Below the pieces are notes generated by a model that searched no databases, was not told the origin of the DNA, and saw only the letters and a program-made list of their open reading frames with translations. The translations under genes were made by a program, and so were the position numbers. From the IMG/VR virus record IMGVR_UViG_3300044646_001937, positions 62,001-126,000 of that record: DNA of 64,000 nucleotides; one strand, written 5' to 3'. Positions 30,810 to 37,176 of the stretch are shown piece after piece (the first letter of the stretch is position 1; each line of letters begins with the position of its first letter).

Positions 30810-30953
30810 ATGAAGATAAATAGAGTCAAAATTATACCAGACAAAACCCAACTTCCTTTAATCTCGCCACAGATTGTTAAGGAAGTTCAAAAGCAAACTA
30901 GGCAGGTGTTCAAGTATACCTCTGCTTTAAAAAAAGCTTTTAACCTTAAGTAA
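30810..30953 (+). CDS. small basic protein (47 aa, not in ORF track)
   Basis: MKINRVKIIPDKTQLPLISPQIVKEVQKQTRQVFKYTSALKKAFNLK; fills the gap and ends in TAAT-ATG. Confidence 0.55.
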   Translation: MKINRVKIIPDKTQLPLISPQIVKEVQKQTRQVFKYTSALKKAFNLK

Positions 30954-30954
30954 T

Positions 30955-31218
30955 ATGCTAGGTCTAAGCAAGATCGCAAAGTCGATGCAGCTTAAAAAGC
31001 TGATAGAGGCAAAGCAGATGTCCGACAAACGGGACTATGGAACTAAAAACACCATACTTGCAGACCTACTGAACAACTACCCAAAGCAATTTGAAGTAGA
31101 CTCCGCATTGAACAATAAGTACGTTGGACTTACCCATAAGCCTAGCGGATTTAAAATTCACGCACCTAGGAATTTAATACCATACGGAATTGAAAACAAA
31201 GCCAATCGTGTCAGTTAA
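30955..31218 (+). CDS. hypothetical protein
   Basis: 87 aa ORF, TAAT-ATG junction. Confidence 0.65.
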   Translation: MLGLSKIAKSMQLKKLIEAKQMSDKRDYGTKNTILADLLNNYPKQFEVDSALNNKYVGLTHKPSGFKIHAPRNLIPYGIENKANRVS

Positions 31219-31378
31219 AAAAGTGTTTGAGGACCATCGCAAAGAGATGTACGAGGAGTGCAGGTCAATCATTGGAGGCACAATGGTTCTTAAATTAAAT
31301 GAGGTGCTATATTTAAAAAAGCCTCTTGCAGTTAAACAGACAATAGTTGAATATATTTTAGAACATCATGATTACTGA
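31190..31378 (+). CDS. small hypothetical protein, start uncertain
   Basis: Fills gap between neighbours. Confidence 0.4.
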   Translation: MKTKPIVSVKKVFEDHRKEMYEECRSIIGGTMVLKLNEVLYLKKPLAVKQTIVEYILEHHDY

Positions 31379-31976
31379 ACTGAACCAAGATGAGATTAAT
31401 CTACTCATCGACTATGGTAAAAAATGGACCCAGACAGGATTGAGTACTGAGCCTGTCGACATGGACAAGGCTATACTTGCTATTGCAAAAGCGTACACTT
31501 TTGCAGGTTTGAATATGCCTAAGGTTTTTCTGGGTCCGTTTAATAACCCTCTAGACTGTGCAAAAGCTCAAGTGTTCATCAAGAACCTTGGCGAAGATGT
31601 GGATATAGAGAATGTTAAAGAATTAGATATTCCTCCAGATACAGTGTTCAAATTAAAGGACATTGAGAAGGCGCTAGATGAGCAGATGCATGGGTTTAGT
31701 GATAGCTCATGGCTTTGCACATACGACTATGTCAAAGAGGTTTTTGGCGTAGGTGAGCTTGAGGTGTTTGAGGGGCTATTTGAGACTGCAAAAAATGTAG
31801 GCTGGTGGGCACCTTACGATAAGGTAGTATTTATTCAGGAGCGCCCATTAGAAGTGCATTTTAACGAGGCTGGAGAACTTCATAACGAGGACGGTCCAGC
31901 TATTAAATGGAGAGGCGACAATGATTATATGGACATCTATATAATCAACGGAGAAGTACAGCCTCCTCCAGAGTAG
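31368..31976 (+). CDS. DUF6745-like protein
   Basis: GWWAPYDKVVFIQERP...GELHNEDGPAIKW pattern. Confidence 0.65.
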   Translation: MITELNQDEINLLIDYGKKWTQTGLSTEPVDMDKAILAIAKAYTFAGLNMPKVFLGPFNNPLDCAKAQVFIKNLGEDVDIENVKELDIPPDTVFKLKDIEKALDEQMHGFSDSSWLCTYDYVKEVFGVGELEVFEGLFETAKNVGWWAPYDKVVFIQERPLEVHFNEAGELHNEDGPAIKWRGDNDYMDIYIINGEVQPPPE

Positions 31977-32037
31977 GCCATGTCGGTGACTTCACCGAAA
32001 TGGTATAAAAGGCTACCCTAACCGGTAGCCTTTTTTT
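31977..32037 (+). terminator. tandem hairpins with intrinsic terminator
   Basis: Hairpin GCCATGTCGGTG-ACTT-CACCGAAATGGT, then GGCTACC-CTAACC-GGTAGCC plus T7. Confidence 0.8.
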
Positions 32038-32075
32038 AGCTATCAGGCTTTGCTGATTTGTAGTACAATTAGGAT

Positions 32076-32852
32076 ATGGAAAAATCTAAAGTTGCCTCGA
32101 AAAAGAAACCCAAGGATCAGCCAAGAAAAGATACTAGCCCAAAAGTATATCAGAGAGAAAAAATAGATTTTGATCTTCATATCAGAGAGCTTCCTTGGAC
32201 TGAGAAACAGAAAGCGCTTATAGAGCTGGGAGGAAGTAAAGACTGCAGGATCATATTCCTAGCCGGCCCTGCGGGTAGCAGTAAAACACTTAGCGCTGTA
32301 CGTATAGGATTAGAACTTCTTAATCAAAAGAAAGTTAGCGATCTTGTATTTGTCAGGGCAGCTGTAGAAAGTGCAGACTCTAAACTAGGGTTTCTTCCTG
32401 GAGATATTGCAGGAAAATATGAGCCATATATGGGTCCCTTTGAAGACAAGATTGAGGAGCTTCTGCCTGCTGGTGAAGTTAAGCGTCTCAAGGGTGAGGG
32501 AAGGTTTATCTATCAGCCTATTAACTTTGTGCGTGGAGCTAGCTGGACAGCGAGGTGTGTAATTATAGATGAGTGTCAGAATATGACTATCAACGAAATC
32601 CAGACACTGCTTACCCGTATTGGTAAGTTTACCAGAATGATTCTTTGTGCTGATAGCGCTCAAAGCGATCTACCTAAAGCTAAGCAGGGAGGCTTTGATA
32701 AGTGCTTGCATATGTTCAATACAGAGCAAGCAGAGAAGATGGGTATTTATAGCCTAGCTTTTACTAACGAAGATATTATGCGCAGTGAGCTGTGTAAATT
32801 TATTGTGCAAACCTTTGAGGATAATCATAACGTATTACATCCACAGCACTAG
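32076..32852 (+). CDS. phoH: PhoH-family ATPase
   Basis: GPAGSSKT, LGFLPG, FVRG.S, IIDECQNMT, TLLTRIG, DIMRSEL. Confidence 0.92.
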   Translation: MEKSKVASKKKPKDQPRKDTSPKVYQREKIDFDLHIRELPWTEKQKALIELGGSKDCRIIFLAGPAGSSKTLSAVRIGLELLNQKKVSDLVFVRAAVESADSKLGFLPGDIAGKYEPYMGPFEDKIEELLPAGEVKRLKGEGRFIYQPINFVRGASWTARCVIIDECQNMTINEIQTLLTRIGKFTRMILCADSAQSDLPKAKQGGFDKCLHMFNTEQAEKMGIYSLAFTNEDIMRSELCKFIVQTFEDNHNVLHPQH

Positions 32853-32853
32853 T

Positions 32854-32955
32854 ATGAAAACACTTGGATATATTTTAATGGGTCTAGGTATTATAGCCTC
32901 CAGTGCTATAGGTACACTTGTAGGGTTAATCGTATTAGCTAGAATATTTTTCTGA
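32854..32955 (+). CDS. 33-aa single-pass membrane peptide (not in ORF track)
   Basis: MKTLGYILMGLGIIASSAIGTLVGLIVLARIFF; TGATG overlap with the next gene. Confidence 0.55.
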   Translation: MKTLGYILMGLGIIASSAIGTLVGLIVLARIFF

Positions 32956-33566
32956 TGAGAAGAGACCTGTGTATATTTGCGATATTTGCCTTCATTTGTC
33001 TGAGTGATATATTCCCAGGACAACATGAGGACGAGTCGTATATTATACGCAGAATATATCTGGATGTGTTGGGGGTTGTACCTTTACCTCATGAGGTAGA
33101 CTGGTATTGCGTATATAACGATAACGGCTATAACATGGCTGTAGAGTGGGTGCTTGCTAGACCTAGAGATAAGTGGACTCCAGGTTGGGATCATATGAGC
33201 ATAGAAGACATTAGAAAAACTCTGATGTCTCATAATTATAAGCACTTTAAAAAGATGCCACTGAGTAGAGAGCAACTCAACAGGCAGTTGTGTTATATAG
33301 CCGGAGAAGAATATACAGGAGATTATTCTACGGTTATACAAGCTAGAGGTAAGCTAATCAAATATGCTCTAGAAGCAACAGACAGTGATGTTGATGCTAT
33401 TGACCATCTTGCCTACCAGCTGATGAGTAGGGTTACTACCGTGAGTGAAGCCAACTATCTTAAAGATAAGCTAAAAGAGTATAAGCTTAGCGCTAAAACA
33501 GAGCAGCTAGCATGGGAGTCTGTTCTAGATGAGCTGCTGGGGCTGGAAGATGTAATGAACAGATAG
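32955..33566 (+). CDS. exported protein resembling DUF1549/DUF1553 (PVC-superphylum) motifs
   Basis: Signal-like N-terminus; IRRIYLDVLGVVP..HEV and LAYQLMSR.TT.SE...AWESVL. Confidence 0.5.
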   Translation: MRRDLCIFAIFAFICLSDIFPGQHEDESYIIRRIYLDVLGVVPLPHEVDWYCVYNDNGYNMAVEWVLARPRDKWTPGWDHMSIEDIRKTLMSHNYKHFKKMPLSREQLNRQLCYIAGEEYTGDYSTVIQARGKLIKYALEATDSDVDAIDHLAYQLMSRVTTVSEANYLKDKLKEYKLSAKTEQLAWESVLDELLGLEDVMNR

Positions 33567-33857
33567 CTAGCTGTTCATTATAGAGTTATTGGGTCCGCTC
33601 AGCTTGCTTCTTTTTTTCCGTTCTGTTTTTACCTTATTCAACTCTTTTGGAGTTAAGATATGTTCTAGAGAAGCGTCATCTATAGGCTTATCCAGATCTA
33701 CGGAAACTTCTTTTACGTCGCTTACAGGAGAACCACTCACAGGATCTGCCTGATACAATTGGACTCGTTCTGATTTAGTGTCAGGAATAATACGCTGCTC
33801 TATTATTTCCGCAGGATCTAGTTCTACGGAAATAGCTATATCAGAATCGTCAGTTAC
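33567..33857 (-). other. start-less 96-codon -1 frame extension of 33854..34705
   Basis: Open frame VTDDSDIAISVELDP...NNSIMNS* begins at the A9 run; its stop abuts the convergent stop at 33566. Confidence 0.6.
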
Positions 33858-34705
33858 TTTTTTTTTAAGCTGGAAGCATTTTCGTCCTGCATGTTAATCC
33901 CCTCGAATTCGACGGGTTTAAGACTAGCAATATAGGCTGCTTCTTCCTGTTCTTTCTTTTCTCTTCTAGCTTCTAGCAGCTTATTCCAGGCTAACACCAG
34001 AGTGACTGCAAGAGGATCAAATACAAAGATCAGAGCAAAGATAAAATATCTCACTGCCTCGTCTACAGTAGATCCTGTGGCGGCTGCGATGAACTTAAAC
34101 GAGCCTACATCTGTTGTGGTGTTCATACCTATCTTCAATTCAGATATATCCTTCTCAATTTCAATGATTCTTTCTCTGTCTTTAGTCAAAGATTCTTCTT
34201 TCTGTTTGATCTCAAGATTGGCTTCTTCGATAGCTTTGTATGCCTGCTCTCTAGGCGCTTTATAATTGCCAGCATCTTTGACTCGCTGCTCCTGATCTTG
34301 TCTCAGCGTGGTGAGACTTTTGATGCGTTCGCTATATTCAGCTACGCCTGTTTCAATAGCTGTCTTTTCTGTGGTCAATGCTTCAATCTTACTTTCAAAA
34401 GTACCTACAGTAGCAGAATGCACCTGATAGGCTCCTGTAAGGAAGCCGAAGATACCTAGACTGGTAACCCCCATAAGAGTCAGCACAGCAATGCAAAGAT
34501 ATGTCTTCAGCAGGAAGCTGATATGCTTCCAATAGGTATGCAGGAAACTGGCTGCGACCAGCTTACCTATCTCAAGGCTGCTGGCCATAATCCCGATTGC
34601 CAGGCTGCTTCCAGAGAACAGAACAATAAGCCCCTTGATGCTGAAGAAGGCCGCGCACCCGGCCACAAACAAAGCACTAAAAGCGACAAGTATAATGAAT
34701 AGCAT
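33854..34705 (-). CDS. multi-pass membrane protein with coiled coil (DUF4407-like)
   Basis: AFFSIKGL, SLEIGKLVAASFL, VTSLGIFGFL, FVFDPLAV. Confidence 0.7.
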   Translation of the reverse strand: MLFIILVAFSALFVAGCAAFFSIKGLIVLFSGSSLAIGIMASSLEIGKLVAASFLHTYWKHISFLLKTYLCIAVLTLMGVTSLGIFGFLTGAYQVHSATVGTFESKIEALTTEKTAIETGVAEYSERIKSLTTLRQDQEQRVKDAGNYKAPREQAYKAIEEANLEIKQKEESLTKDRERIIEIEKDISELKIGMNTTTDVGSFKFIAAATGSTVDEAVRYFIFALIFVFDPLAVTLVLAWNKLLEARREKKEQEEAAYIASLKPVEFEGINMQDENASSLKKK

Positions 34706-34791
34706 ATTACTATTATAATACTATTATTTTTTAGTGTATACACTAATTATACCCCCCCCCTGTGTAACCGGCTAGTCTTGTGGTATAGTAA

Positions 34792-34893
34792 TTTGAATCG
34801 GAGGTTTATAGCTTTTGATTCAAAGTTTGCCGAAAGGCATTTAATTTCATTGCCGTCGCAGCCTCCATGCGATGGTAAACCTAACCTGGAGGC
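34792..34893 (+). ncRNA. structured 5' leader, candidate pseudoknot translational regulator
   Basis: 8-bp hairpin, TGCC-GAAA-GGCA, and an 11-bp stem whose loop GCCTCCA complements TGGAGGC (SD). Confidence 0.5.
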
Positions 34894-34902
34894 ATAGAGT
34901 AT

Positions 34903-35337
34903 TTGAAAGTTATGTTTGGAATTATTTGCAAAATTAACGGGAAAGAAGCTTTGTATAACTGCGCGCCGTTCAGGTCTCACGATGTCGCATCGTGCGAGGC
35001 GGACATCTTAAATGAGATGTACCCAGAGAATAAGTATAGTGTAATTGATTTATGGGCGGCGACGACAAATAAACGTAGCTCGGGGGGGAAAAAATCCCTC
35101 CACGCACAAATCCACAGACTAATGAAGGCTAGCGGAGTAGTTTATTACCTTGCCAAATTTGGTGAGGGCATAGACTACAACTCCCACGGTCAGTGGGGCA
35201 TGATGTTCGCGCACGAGATTCACAAGAAGCTCGTTGACGCGGAACATGTGGTGACTGGTTACACACGAAACCATGCATTCCACAGGCTCGGCAGAGGCTG
35301 CGCCAATCGTGGAGCAGAAATCTACTGGAGTTGGTAG
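34903..35337 (+). CDS. hypothetical protein
   Basis: 144 aa; GGAGG 10 nt before TTG (ATG 34912 alternative); TGGTATAGT promoter at 34781. Confidence 0.6.
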   Translation: MKVMFGIICKINGKEALYNCAPFRSHDVASCEADILNEMYPENKYSVIDLWAATTNKRSSGGKKSLHAQIHRLMKASGVVYYLAKFGEGIDYNSHGQWGMMFAHEIHKKLVDAEHVVTGYTRNHAFHRLGRGCANRGAEIYWSW

Positions 35338-35340
35338 TTC

Positions 35341-35383
35341 ATGCGCACATCAGGGTTCAATTCCTTGATGTGCGCATTTTTTT
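35341..35383 (+). terminator. intrinsic terminator
   Basis: 15-bp stem ATGCGCACATCAGGG/CCTTGATGTGCGCAT, loop TTCAATT, T7. Confidence 0.85.
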
Positions 35384-35393
35384 AGCTATCAGA

Positions 35394-35429
35394 CAAAAAG
35401 AAAGCTGGCCTGGATTTCTCCAGACCAGC
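35394..35429 (-). terminator. intrinsic terminator
   Basis: GCTGGTCTGGA-GAAA-TCCAGGCCAGC then TTTCTTTTT on the minus strand. Confidence 0.8.
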
Positions 35430-35456
35430 CGTCTCGTTCGCAACGACTAACTAATA

Positions 35457-35879
35457 CTAAACAACTGCTTTGATATCTGGATTCATAATCTCCAGCTGTA
35501 GAATAGGAAAGCCCAACTCTGGATTATAGTCAAGCTTGGCTCTCACTACATTCTTAATTTCTACCATTTTACCAAGACTTGTCGATACAAATACTTTGGT
35601 ATCTTCGGTATTTTTTCCAGGAACAAATGTAACATTTCTCTGAGAGGCAGCTACGTTTTCTTCTTCACTCTTGGCTATCCAATCCTCATACAACGCTGCA
35701 GCGCAAGATTGCTTATTTTTAGCTTCAGCAGCTTTATGATCTTCATATGTAAACTTCTGAATATCTTCCAGCCATTTCTTCATTTCTTCGATAGTCATAT
35801 TGAATCCTGCAATCTTAAGTTCAATGTCATCGTTGATCTGCTCTTTCGGGGCTTTGGTAGTTTTGATTGTTTTGCTCAT
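35457..35879 (-). CDS. hypothetical protein
   Basis: ATG 35879 (MSKTIK) preferred. Confidence 0.6.
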   Translation of the reverse strand: MSKTIKTTKAPKEQINDDIELKIAGFNMTIEEMKKWLEDIQKFTYEDHKAAEAKNKQSCAAALYEDWIAKSEEENVAASQRNVTFVPGKNTEDTKVFVSTSLGKMVEIKNVVRAKLDYNPELGFPILQLEIMNPDIKAVV

Positions 35880-35886
35880 ATGTTTG

Positions 35887-36459
35887 TTAGGGTTGTTTTT
35901 GATAAGTGCCAGTTTCACAATAGTCGTAAAACCTTGCAAGCAAGTGCAAAAAGTCACTCAGTCTGTTAATATATTTAATCAGCAAATCTCTGCAAGCATA
36001 TTCTTGATTAGCTTTTTCTGTATCTACTAGAAACACTAAAGCTCGTTCAGCTCTTCTGCAAATTTTAGAACTTAGATCTGCTCTAGCTCCTTTTTCTGAG
36101 TTGCCATATAACACCCAGCCTTGCTGATCCAGTTCTTTCATATCCTGCAGAACATCTACTTTCTGGTCAAGTAAATCCATGTCTGCTTCTTTTACATAGT
36201 CATACTTCTCAACATATTCTTTTCTTTTTTCAGGTTCAGAAACAAGCTCACCCATGAAAAGGGTCAGTGAGTGCTGTATAGTTTCCAGATATGCTCTGTA
36301 GCTGTCTTGTTTATCTAGTGAAGCTTTTAGAAAACCTATGGCTGCATTCAACTCGTCCACATCTCCAACCAGTTGAATTCTATAATCTTGTTTACTTACT
36401 CGTTTACCAAACAACAAGCCAGTTGTTCCTTTGTCTCCTGATTTTGTAGCAATACGCAT
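35887..36459 (-). CDS. pduO: PduO-type ATP:cob(I)alamin adenosyltransferase
   Basis: TKSGDKGTT.L..G.RVSK, GDVDELNAAIG, CRRAER, YINRLSD. Confidence 0.9.
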   Translation of the reverse strand: MRIATKSGDKGTTGLLFGKRVSKQDYRIQLVGDVDELNAAIGFLKASLDKQDSYRAYLETIQHSLTLFMGELVSEPEKRKEYVEKYDYVKEADMDLLDQKVDVLQDMKELDQQGWVLYGNSEKGARADLSSKICRRAERALVFLVDTEKANQEYACRDLLIKYINRLSDFLHLLARFYDYCETGTYQKQP

Positions 36460-36503
36460 TCCTATATATGATCTTCTGCAGTCAGAATAATCAAGAGGTT
36501 TTA

Positions 36504-36512
36504 TGGTATAAT
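36504..36512 (+). promoter_or_regulatory. extended -10 promoter
   Basis: TGGTATAAT. Confidence 0.55.
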
Positions 36513-36553
36513 ATTATGAAGGCTAGTTAGCCTTTTTATTAAACAATACAACA

Positions 36554-36892
36554 ATGAAAATATCGCATGACAAAATCGCAATGGTCGTATGTAAGGAGTA
36601 CAAGACGTTCCAGGATGTGTTTGACACCGAGGACTACGAAGACGTTATATCCTATCATGAAGCTGCAGATCTCCCTATTGAGGAGATGACAAACATGATG
36701 AATTATTTGAAGAGGCATATTGAAGTTGCCTCTAAACCAGACGAGTTTGATCAACTTGTGGTAATGCTGGATGATTACTATTATCCTAAAATGGCACCAC
36801 TGGTGAACCTCACACCAGAAATGGGTCCAGTGGCCTTTGGTCGTTGGAACAGCAAGAAGAAAAAATTCGTCAAAACAGGATACCTACAATGA
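36554..36892 (+). CDS. hypothetical acidic protein
   Basis: 112 aa ORF. Confidence 0.65.
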   Translation: MKISHDKIAMVVCKEYKTFQDVFDTEDYEDVISYHEAADLPIEEMTNMMNYLKRHIEVASKPDEFDQLVVMLDDYYYPKMAPLVNLTPEMGPVAFGRWNSKKKKFVKTGYLQ

Positions 36893-37113
36893 CAACATCT
36901 GAAGGGGCCGATGGGCCAACGTTTGTGTTGCCCACTAACACAAATCCTCCAAGAGAGGAGCCTGAGGAGTGGGTTGTCAATATAACTGAATCTCCATGGA
37001 GATTGATCGGTTTTAATGACAGTGGCATTTGGAACAGTAGAGGGCAGCAAAGACACAGTTCAACCAACGAGGAATTACAACAGCAGCTCGCCATGTTGAA
37101 TAGAGTTCGCTAA
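36889..37113 (+). CDS. small hypothetical protein
   Basis: ATGA overlap start at 36889; followed by a terminator. Confidence 0.5.
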   Translation: MTTSEGADGPTFVLPTNTNPPREEPEEWVVNITESPWRLIGFNDSGIWNSRGQQRHSSTNEELQQQLAMLNRVR

Positions 37114-37125
37114 CCCTTGAAATAG

Positions 37126-37164
37126 AAAAAGCCTGGACCCCAAAAGGAATCCAGGCTTTTTTTT
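37126..37164. terminator. bidirectional intrinsic terminator between convergent genes
   Basis: A5-GCCTGGA...TCCAGGC-T8. Confidence 0.8.
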
Positions 37165-37176
37165 AGCTGTCAGAGA

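Noticed and set aside
34792-34893. Assignment of the leader to HDV-like ribozyme, c-di-GMP-I or cobalamin riboswitch
   Set aside because: Required conserved elements (P1.1 GG, GCAAA/GAAA receptor layout, B12 box) were not found by eye; left as unclassified.
35082-35094. G7A6 run as a frameshift site
   Set aside because: Not in X_XXY_YYZ phase with the ORF, which reads through normally.
35310-35383. tRNA gene (AGTTGGTAG plus GGTTCAATTCC)
   Set aside because: Only about 14 nt separate the D-like and T-like motifs, so there is no room for an anticodon arm; the region folds as a terminator.
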